DNA of 64,000 nucleotides from Escherichia coli (GTDB lineage Bacteria; Pseudomonadota; Gammaproteobacteria; Enterobacterales; Enterobacteriaceae): NCBI RefSeq assembly GCF_002854065.1, contig NZ_CP024147.1; one strand, 5' to 3'. Shown piece by piece: positions 55,854 to 64,000 of this stretch (position 1 is its first letter; each line of letters starts with the position of its first letter). The notes under the pieces were generated by a model. It saw only the letters and a program-made list of their open reading frames with translations, ran no database searches and was not told where the DNA came from. The position numbers and the translations under genes were made by a program.

Positions 55854-57518
55854 ATGTTAAAACGTATCAAAATTGTGACCAGCTTACTGCTGGTTTTGGC
55901 CGTTTTTGGCCTTTTACAACTGACATCAGGCGGTCTGTTCTTTAATGCCTTAAAGAATGACAAAGAAAATTTCACTGTTTTACAAACCATTCGCCAGCAG
56001 CAATCCACGCTGAATGGCAGCTGGGTCGCGTTGTTGCAGACGCGTAACACCCTCAACCGCGCGGGTATCCGCTACATGATGGATCAGAATAATATTGGTA
56101 GCGGTTCAACCGTTGCTGAGCTGATGGAGAGTGCCAGTATTTCGCTGAAACAGGCGGAAAAAAACTGGGCGGATTACGAAGCGTTGCCGCGTGACCCGCG
56201 TCAGAGCACCGCCGCAGCGGCAGAGATCAAACGTAATTACGATATTTATCACAATGCGCTGGCGGAGCTGATCCAACTGTTAGGTGCAGGCAAAATCAAC
56301 GAGTTCTTTGATCAGCCGACCCAGGGATATCAGGACGGTTTCGAGAAGCAGTATGTGGCTTACATGGAGCAAAACGATCGGCTCTATGATATCGCCGTCA
56401 GCGATAATAATGCCTCCTACAGCCAGGCGATGTGGATTCTGGTGGGCGTGATGATCGTCGTACTGGCAGTCATCTTCGCCGTCTGGTTCGGTATTAAAGC
56501 CTCGTTGGTAGCGCCAATGAATCGCCTGATTGACAGCATTCGTCATATTGCAGGCGGCGATCTGGTGAAACCGATTGAGGTGGATGGCTCTAATGAGATG
56601 GGGCAACTGGCAGAGAGTTTGCGCCATATGCAGGGAGAGCTGATGCGTACCGTCGGTGATGTGCGCAACGGGGCCAATGCCATCTATAGCGGTGCCAGCG
56701 AAATCGCTACCGGCAATAACGATCTCTCTTCGCGCACCGAGCAACAGGCCGCTTCGCTGGAAGAGACGGCAGCCAGCATGGAGCAACTGACCGCAACGGT
56801 GAAACAGAACGCCGAAAATGCGCGCCAGGCCAGCCACCTGGCGTTAAGTGCTTCTGAAACGGCGCAACGCGGCGGCAAAGTGGTAGATAACGTGGTGCAG
56901 ACTATGCGCGATATCTCCACCAGTTCGCAGAAAATCGCCGATATTATCAGCGTAATTGACGGCATTGCCTTCCAGACCAATATTCTGGCTTTGAACGCGG
57001 CGGTTGAAGCAGCGCGCGCGGGTGAGCAAGGGCGCGGTTTTGCGGTGGTCGCGGGTGAAGTGCGTAATCTGGCCCAGCGCAGCGCTCAGGCGGCTCGTGA
57101 AATTAAAAGCCTGATTGAAGACTCGGTGGGGAAAGTAGATGTTGGCTCTACGCTGGTCGAAAGCGCAGGGGAAACAATGGCGGAGATTGTCAGTGCCGTG
57201 ACCCGCGTGACGGACATTATGGGCGAAATTGCTTCTGCTTCTGATGAGCAGAGCCGTGGTATCGATCAGGTTGGCTTAGCGGTTGCTGAGATGGACCGGG
57301 TAACTCAACAGAACGCTGCGCTGGTGGAAGAATCTGCCGCTGCCGCCGCCGCGCTGGAAGAGCAGGCCAGTCGCCTGACCGAAGCTGTGGCAGTGTTCCG
57401 GATTCAGCAACAGCAGCAACAGCAGCGTGAAACATCGGCTGTGGTAAAAAACGTGACGCCAGCTACGCCGCGTAAAATGGCAGTGGCAGATAGCGGGGAG
57501 AACTGGGAAACGTTTTAA
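55854..57518 (+). CDS. tsr: Tsr methyl-accepting chemotaxis protein I (serine chemoreceptor)
   Basis: 554 aa; HAMP and MCP signalling domains, C-terminal NWETF pentapeptide. Confidence 0.95.
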   Translation: MLKRIKIVTSLLLVLAVFGLLQLTSGGLFFNALKNDKENFTVLQTIRQQQSTLNGSWVALLQTRNTLNRAGIRYMMDQNNIGSGSTVAELMESASISLKQAEKNWADYEALPRDPRQSTAAAAEIKRNYDIYHNALAELIQLLGAGKINEFFDQPTQGYQDGFEKQYVAYMEQNDRLYDIAVSDNNASYSQAMWILVGVMIVVLAVIFAVWFGIKASLVAPMNRLIDSIRHIAGGDLVKPIEVDGSNEMGQLAESLRHMQGELMRTVGDVRNGANAIYSGASEIATGNNDLSSRTEQQAASLEETAASMEQLTATVKQNAENARQASHLALSASETAQRGGKVVDNVVQTMRDISTSSQKIADIISVIDGIAFQTNILALNAAVEAARAGEQGRGFAVVAGEVRNLAQRSAQAAREIKSLIEDSVGKVDVGSTLVESAGETMAEIVSAVTRVTDIMGEIASASDEQSRGIDQVGLAVAEMDRVTQQNAALVEESAAAAAALEEQASRLTEAVAVFRIQQQQQQQRETSAVVKNVTPATPRKMAVADSGENWETF

Positions 57519-57522
57519 TCGC

Positions 57523-57559
57523 CATAAAAATGCCCGATAAGCAAAATGTTATCGGGCAT
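57523..57559 (-). terminator. Terminator hairpin between convergent tsr and lgoT
   Basis: ATGCCCGATAA...TTATCGGGCAT stem; the minus-strand reading is followed by a U-run. Confidence 0.5.
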
Positions 57560-57566
57560 AGGGAGT

Positions 57567-58928
57567 TTAATCTTTACGCGGGTCGTTGATCGGCTGACGA
57601 ACCAGGAAGATGTACGCCAGTGCTCCCGCTGCGGTGACGCAACCGCAGATGATTAGTGCCAGACGGAATGAGTGGGTGGTATCAACAATAAAACCAGTAA
57701 TGATCGGCGCAAAAGAGGCGCAGATGAAGCTGGCAAAGTTCTGGATACTGCCCACCGACGCCGTCATGCGAGAAGCAACTGCGACGTGGATCAAGCCCCA
57801 GCAGGATGTTCCGGCAAAGTGAATACAGAACAGTGCCATGCCAATCAGCAGAACCGCCGTCATGGATGTTGTCGCTTGCGGTACGACCAGCGTAAAGGCG
57901 GCAGAACAGAACATCCCGGCAATAATGCAGATCTTACGGCTTTTAATCGGAGCCATTCCCCCTTTGACCAGCCAGTCAGTAACGTAACCGTTGACCAGCA
58001 TCCCGGCAGCCCCAAACAGGAAAGGGATAGCCGCCATCAACCCTGTGCTTTTTAAATCCAGGTTATAGGCTGTTTGCAGGTAACCAGGAAGCCAGGCCAG
58101 ATACAGCCACGCAGTGTAGTTGATGCCACTGAATCCGAGCATCATTCCCCACATTGTGCGGTTACGGAACAGGCTGCGCCATTCGGCAAAACTGAGCGGA
58201 TCTCGGCGGGCATTGACGCTACCTGCATTGAGATAAGCTTGTTCAACGGCAGTCAGTTCTACGTGCTCGCGGTTGCGATAGAGCATATACCAGCCAATGG
58301 CGAGAAAAATCCCCAGCACACCAATGGTAATAAACATCCCACGCCAGCCCATCACCAGCATCATCGCCGCCAGAATCGGTGGGCTTACGGCAACGCCAAT
58401 GGTAGAAGCTGCGTTGAAGAAGCCCATCGGGCGTCCGCGCTCTTTGATGTTGAACCAGTCGTTAATGACTTTTACGCCACATGGGTTCATCGGCGCTTCA
58501 CCAATCCCCATACCGATACGCACCAACACGAACTGCGTAAAGCTGTGCACCATGCCAGACATGGCCTGGAACAGTGACCAGAAGAACATCCCCAGTCCCA
58601 GCATCAGGCGTGGGCCTTTACGATCCAATAGTGGGCCGCAAGGAAGTTGCGCAATCCCGTAAGCGAGTGAAAACACGGAGAGCAAAGCGCCGATTTCGGT
58701 GGCACTTAATCCCAATTCTTCACGAATCGTTAAATTTGCTACCGACAGCGAACTGCGGTCGAGATAATTGATTACCGCCGCAAAAAATAATAACAACATG
58801 GCGGTGGTTTGAATGCGTTTAATTCGGGTACTGCGTTGAACTAATCCATCTGGTGGCACGGGAATATCTGCCGACGAAGATGGAGTAAATGAAGAACGCG
58901 GATCGAGGGTGATATTTTCTTTTTCCAC
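57567..58928 (-). CDS. lgoT: LgoT (YjjL) L-galactonate MFS transporter
   Basis: 453 aa. Confidence 0.9.
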   Translation of the reverse strand: MEKENITLDPRSSFTPSSSADIPVPPDGLVQRSTRIKRIQTTAMLLLFFAAVINYLDRSSLSVANLTIREELGLSATEIGALLSVFSLAYGIAQLPCGPLLDRKGPRLMLGLGMFFWSLFQAMSGMVHSFTQFVLVRIGMGIGEAPMNPCGVKVINDWFNIKERGRPMGFFNAASTIGVAVSPPILAAMMLVMGWRGMFITIGVLGIFLAIGWYMLYRNREHVELTAVEQAYLNAGSVNARRDPLSFAEWRSLFRNRTMWGMMLGFSGINYTAWLYLAWLPGYLQTAYNLDLKSTGLMAAIPFLFGAAGMLVNGYVTDWLVKGGMAPIKSRKICIIAGMFCSAAFTLVVPQATTSMTAVLLIGMALFCIHFAGTSCWGLIHVAVASRMTASVGSIQNFASFICASFAPIITGFIVDTTHSFRLALIICGCVTAAGALAYIFLVRQPINDPRKD

Positions 58929-59141
58929 GCCGGACTCCTGTATTTATAATTTTAATTGTTTACGTAATTGTGCATTACGCAAGGTTGACATTAACGGCAG
59001 GTTAAAGTTTTAGGACTTTACTACCGCTCACAAAAACATTTTTAGTCGACTGATTGTGAGCATAGGTAAGCGGGAATTTCCCGGTATTTATCTTTTGATA
59101 AAACCGTGCACCGCTAATAGTTTGCTGTTTTTAATCCGTAC

Positions 59142-60056
59142 TTAATGAGCATAACGCGTGTTCTCATTAATGGATCGAATCATTGATTGTTTAGCTGAAT
59201 TCAAATGGTTACGGAGCGCAAGGGTGGCATCAAGGTCACTGCGGCAAATCAGAGCGCTGAGAATGGTCATATGCTCATCGACGGCAATGATATTGCGCTG
59301 TTTAAGATCGCTTTCGTCCCATTGATAGTGAAAATGAAAGATGACTGAGATGATCTCAAGAGATTGATCAAAAAAGATATTGTCGGCAGCTGAAAGCAGT
59401 AAGGAGTGAAAATCTCTGTCAAGTTGCGAGAACATGCGAAAGCTATTGCCGATGTTGTCACGCAGTAGCCGATGACGTTCGAGCATGGTTTTCGCCTGCA
59501 GCCAGCGGGGATCATGATCAGGCAGGTTGAGAAAGTGCTGAAGTGAATGTGTTTCGAGCATTTCGCGTAGTTCAAACAGCTGCTCGGCGTAGGATTGATC
59601 GAATTGCTTCATGCTCCACTGGCCGCGCTTTTCGCTTTGAATAAGATTATAACGGCCGAATTTTAAAAGATATTCTCTTACTACAACCGGGCTGACACCC
59701 GCGGGCCGAGCCAGTTGCAGTTCAGAAAAAGTTTCCCCAGGGCGTAACTGGCGCTGGTTTATCATCGTGAAAAAAGCCTGCTCAAACACTTTGTTTTGTT
59801 CACTCATTGAAGCGGTAGTACAGGCGAAACCGTCATCATGGTCAGGTTTACGCGCAATCACATAGTCGTTTCCAACCTGCGTTAAGACGCCGCATTCGCG
59901 TAAGTGGCTGAGAATATGACGCACTGTAGTGCGGCTGATGTTGTACATTTCCGCCAGCGCACTTTGCGATGGAAGTGGGGAAGGGATATGACCCCGCACC
60001 ATATCATCAATGACCTGGTTAATCACATTGTGGCGTAAATTTTGTGAACGACTCAT
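59142..60056 (-). CDS. lgoR: LgoR (YjjM) GntR-family regulator
   Basis: 304 aa. Confidence 0.9.
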   Translation of the reverse strand: MSRSQNLRHNVINQVIDDMVRGHIPSPLPSQSALAEMYNISRTTVRHILSHLRECGVLTQVGNDYVIARKPDHDDGFACTTASMSEQNKVFEQAFFTMINQRQLRPGETFSELQLARPAGVSPVVVREYLLKFGRYNLIQSEKRGQWSMKQFDQSYAEQLFELREMLETHSLQHFLNLPDHDPRWLQAKTMLERHRLLRDNIGNSFRMFSQLDRDFHSLLLSAADNIFFDQSLEIISVIFHFHYQWDESDLKQRNIIAVDEHMTILSALICRSDLDATLALRNHLNSAKQSMIRSINENTRYAH

Positions 60057-60194
60057 ATTTTCCTCCTTGTGAGTCCATTAAAACCCGATTTAAAACATTT
60101 TTATGCGTGTGTTTTCACAAAACAGATTTTCCGTTCCGCTGCCATTTTTCATTTTTATTGATATCTAAGGCAACAAAAAATGGAGAGCCGAATC

Positions 60195-61217
60195 ATGTCT
60201 ACGATGAATGTTTTAATTTGCCAGCAGCCGAAAGAATTAGTCTGGAAACAACGCGAGATACCTATTCCGGGTGACAATGAAGCATTAATAAAAATTAAGT
60301 CTGTCGGGATTTGTGGTACCGATATTCATGCCTGGGGTGGAAATCAACCATTTTTTAGTTATCCACGTGTTTTAGGCCATGAAATATGTGGGGAGATTGT
60401 TGGGCTGGGTAAAAATATTGCTGATCTTAAAAATGGTCAGCAAGTTGCTGTGATCCCTTATGTTGCCTGTCAGCAATGCCCGGCGTGTAAAAGCGGGCGT
60501 ACCAATTGCTGTGAAAAAATTTCAGTCATTGGCGTGCATCAGGATGGCGGTTTTAGTGAGTATTTGAGCGTGCCGGTGGCGAACATTTTGCCCGCAGACG
60601 GTATTGACCCGCAGGCGGCAGCATTGATTGAACCTTTCGCTATTAGCGCTCATGCGGTGCGTCGCGCAGCCATTGCTCCCGGCGAGCAGGTGCTGGTGGT
60701 CGGGGCGGGGCCAATCGGTCTGGGCGCGGCGGCAATCGCTAAAGCCGATGGCGCACAGGTGGTGGTGGCGGATACCAGTCCGGCGCGCCGTGAACATGTG
60801 GCAACGCGTCTGGAATTACCTTTACTGGACCCGTCAGCCGAAGATTTTGACGCGCAGCTACGGGCGCAGTTTGGTGGTTCGCTGGCGCAGAAAGTGATCG
60901 ACGCGACAGGTAATCAACATGCGATGAATAACACCGTGAATTTGATTCGTCACGGCGGCACGGTGGTATTTGTCGGCCTGTTTAAAGGTGAGTTGCAGTT
61001 CTCCGATCCGGAATTCCATAAAAAAGAAACGACGATGATGGGCAGCCGCAACGCCACGCCGGAAGATTTTGCTAAAGTCGGTCGACTGATGGCGGAAGGA
61101 AAAATCACTGCCGACATGATGTTAACCCATCGCTATCCGTTCGCCACGCTGGCAGAAACCTACGAGCGCGATGTGATTAACAATCGTGAGTTGATTAAGG
61201 GTGTAATTACTTTCTGA
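60195..61217 (+). CDS. lgoD: LgoD (YjjN) L-galactonate 5-dehydrogenase (zinc ADH family)
   Basis: 340 aa from MSTMNVLICQQ; GHEICGEIV zinc-ADH motif. Confidence 0.9.
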   Translation: MSTMNVLICQQPKELVWKQREIPIPGDNEALIKIKSVGICGTDIHAWGGNQPFFSYPRVLGHEICGEIVGLGKNIADLKNGQQVAVIPYVACQQCPACKSGRTNCCEKISVIGVHQDGGFSEYLSVPVANILPADGIDPQAAALIEPFAISAHAVRRAAIAPGEQVLVVGAGPIGLGAAAIAKADGAQVVVADTSPARREHVATRLELPLLDPSAEDFDAQLRAQFGGSLAQKVIDATGNQHAMNNTVNLIRHGGTVVFVGLFKGELQFSDPEFHKKETTMMGSRNATPEDFAKVGRLMAEGKITADMMLTHRYPFATLAETYERDVINNRELIKGVITF

Positions 61218-61299
61218 TAAGGCGAGATTATTAAAGTTGCCATGCAGCGTCCGGGGAAGTGTTGGGCGCTGTTTTTTTTCTGTTTCTCAATGATGTTTT

Positions 61300-61345
61300 G
61301 TAGGCCGGAGAAGATGTGTAGGTCGCACCTTATGCGACCTACACA
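61300..61345. repeat. REP-like palindromic element
   Basis: TGTAGGCCGGAGAAG...GTAGGTCGCACCTTATGCGACCTACAC palindrome between lgoD and opgB. Confidence 0.5.
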
Positions 61346-61356
61346 TCAGTCAGAAA

Positions 61357-63648
61357 TTACCCTTCACGTTCCACAACTTTAATTTCCACCATGCCGATCC
61401 CGAGCTTACGCGGAGAGTGTCCGAGGATATTCCCTTCGTTGGTTGAGACAGGTTCCGGCGGCACAATTACCAGTGTGTCGGCATCGGTTGGGTTATCGAA
61501 ATGCAGTGTGGTGGTGGTCACTTCATTGCCCAGCACAAGAGTTTGTTCTTCATTGCCTACGCGTACCGGAATAGGACGGCTGGCGTTATTGCCGTATGCT
61601 TTGGCGGTAATCACCAGGTCAAATTTCTTCGGCAGCGGATGCTTGTACTCGATTTTTACTTCATCGCCCAGCTGCGCGTTGGACCAGCGGCCCCACGACT
61701 CTGGACGGGAAATCCCACTAAACTGTTTCACCTCTTCTGGCGCACCGGCGACGTTGAAGATGAAACTGTCGGCTTTGTAGCGAATATCGTTATCAACAAT
61801 TTTCAGCGTATCGACATTGCCTTTATAACGCGCCATGTCGATGACCGTATCTTTAAATGCCGTTTTGCCCTGCCATGTTGTTTTGTCAACATGCTGAACA
61901 ATTTGCTGACCGCCAAGCTGCCCTTGCGAGACACACCAGTCGGTGGAGAGTGCCAGTTCCGGAGCCCAGAGTTGTGCCATCTTATAGCAACGGTCAACCC
62001 AGACGAAATTGTCGCGTGGAGCGAAATCGGCCAGCTGGAAACGCAGCGGTGCTGAGTATTCGCTTTCCGGCAGCGGTTCCACGCGTTTGTCTGAAACCCG
62101 CAACAGCAGTGGCAAACGGAAATGGCTACCCGAGAAGGCAATCATGTTTTTCTGCTGGTCGATGGTGAACTCTTTCATCTCTTTAGGGAATTTCCACAGG
62201 CGGATGATATCCGGCTTCCACGCCAATGTTTTCTCTTTGATATTGAGGAAGATTTCCGACATTGACTGCCCGGATAAACTGCTACGACCAAGTCCGAGAT
62301 AGTTATCGCCACCGAGAATGTCCAGCACCGTCGCGCCGTTATCCATCGTGTTACGCTTCACTGCCAGCGTCTCTTGCTGCGGCTTGTCGCCACGAATGAC
62401 AAAAAACAGGTTATTGCGATCCTGCTTATTAAGGTATTTCCACGCCGTGTTGTTCATCGCTAAATGGTCAGAAGAGACGACGATGACGGTATCTTTAAAC
62501 CACGGTGACGCTTTGATTTTGTTGATAAACGCCGCGATATTCTCCTGGCTGCAACTTACCGCGCTGAATGACTGGTTCGGCTTACCGTCAAAATCATATT
62601 TTTTGCGGTTACAGGTACGCGAGATAAAACCATCCGGGTGATGGGTATCGACTGTCAGGGTAAACAGTGAGAATCGCTGACCTGAGCGGGAAAGCTCTTC
62701 AAACTTTTTCCACGCTTCATCGAGAACGGTATCGTCGTAGAATCCCCAGTCGTTGCGATAGTGCGGGTCGGCCACCACGCTTTTCAGCTCTTCTGAGCCG
62801 TATAAGTGGTCGAAGCCATGCGACTTCAGGAACACATCTTTACCGGCAAAACGCAGATTCGCGCCCTGCACGAAATAGTTCTGATAACCCGAGTTTTTCA
62901 GGATATCGCCCAGACAGATGTTCTGCGGGAAGAAGCTGGAGACAGAGGCGGAGGCGTTGCCTTCAAAGGGGGCAAACAGCGGTATGCCGCACTGAGAAGC
63001 CACCATGCCCGCAATCGTGTAATCCGTTCCTGGCAGCTGCTGCGTGTGGCTGAAATCCAGGCCTTCATTTTTCAACGCGCCCAGTTCAGGCGTGAGATCC
63101 GGGAAAGCTTCGTTATCAAAATAGGTCCGCTCGAGACTTTCGCCGTAGATATAAACCAGGTTGAGTTTCGGGTCAGGGATAGTTTTCGACGGCTCTTTAT
63201 AATAAGCCGCAAAGTCCGGGTCGCCATCGCGTGACTGGGATTTCACCAGTTCCGTTATCTGACGAAATGCCGGGCTGGCATCCACTGAACCCAGCGCCAG
63301 TAAGAGTGCCAGCAGGCTGTAACCAAAATGGTGCGGATGATGGCGACGACGGCGCAGGATCCAGCCCAGCGCACCGAACACCGCCGTCAGCCCCAGCACA
63401 ATGCCGATACCCGGAAGAATGTATTTGCTGACACCAGCACCGGTCAGGCTGTTGGTTAAGGTATAGAGAACCGCGTCGTTAATACCATCGCCAGTAAAAT
63501 AGTCGCTGGCAAACAGGGTGATATTTAAAACGACAAATAGCCCCAGCACCGTTAACGTGGCTGCAAACCACCAGGTGTTACGTCCCGCTTTCCATGCGTA
63601 AATCAGCACAGAGGCGAGAAAAAGGGCGAAAGAGAGTAGTTCTGACAA
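61357..63648 (-). CDS. opgB: OpgB (MdoB) phosphoglycerol transferase I
   Basis: 763 aa, N-terminal membrane segments plus sulfatase-like domain. Confidence 0.9.
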
Positions 63649-64000
63649 CGGGCGATCCTCACTAAACCGGGCCGTTTAGCCAACGTTTAAGCTTTTTGAG
63701 AAGCACAATGTAATGGCGTCGCCATATTGCTGCAATTCTAGTGTCAAAAAAATGCGATGTTGTTAGGAATTAGTTTATAAACAGACTTTTTTGATTACGG
63801 TCGCTTCCCGTGTAACAGGGGGAAAACCGTCCAGGAGCAGGGAAAAGGGCAGGAGAGAGCCGCGTCAGCCGGGTAACAGCTAAAACGCGGCGTTTCGCGG
63901 TTCAGGAAATGAAGTTCAGCCCCTGCTTTAACACCAGATCGCAGGCTTTGGTTTTCACCTTTTCTGCCAGCGGAGTCGTTCCGATATTATCCAGATTGAG

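Noticed and set aside
61501-63234. Several 100-180-aa plus-strand ORFs
   Set aside because: All are antisense within opgB; no independent start or RBS signals.

Overview
Escherichia coli chromosomal segment, read by eye from the ORF track; no searches were run. Positions 1 to about 16250 are the distal part of a tRNA-associated CP4-like integrative island: AlpA-like regulator, Gp2/YfjJ-like protein, a Gabija-type gajA/gajB pair, YkfA-type GTPase, WYL regulator, DUF932, ArdB/KlcA antirestriction, RadC-like, CbeA/CbtA-family toxin-antitoxin and an Mrr-cat nuclease fusion, ending at a degenerate leuX-like tRNA 3' end repeat near 16.2 kb. Downstream lie an HNH nuclease, nanCMS, the type 1 fimbrial locus fimB-fimE-fimS-fimAICDFGH with fimH split by an IS1 carrying a 9-bp target duplication, then gntP, uxuAB, uxuR, yjiC, iraD, hypT, iadA, yjiGH, kptA, yjiJKLMN and mdtM. 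A second IS1 (no target duplication, insB with a premature stop) and a BrnT/BrnA-like pair sit where K-12 carries its hsd/mcr/mrr immigration control region, followed by yjiA, yjiX, btsT, tsr, lgoTRD and opgB. The best candidates for an undescribed system are the orphan genes packed around Gabija (305-aa, 158-aa and 70-aa ORFs with an intervening non-coding stretch) and the Mrr-cat fusion at the island edge; none could be confirmed from sequence alone.
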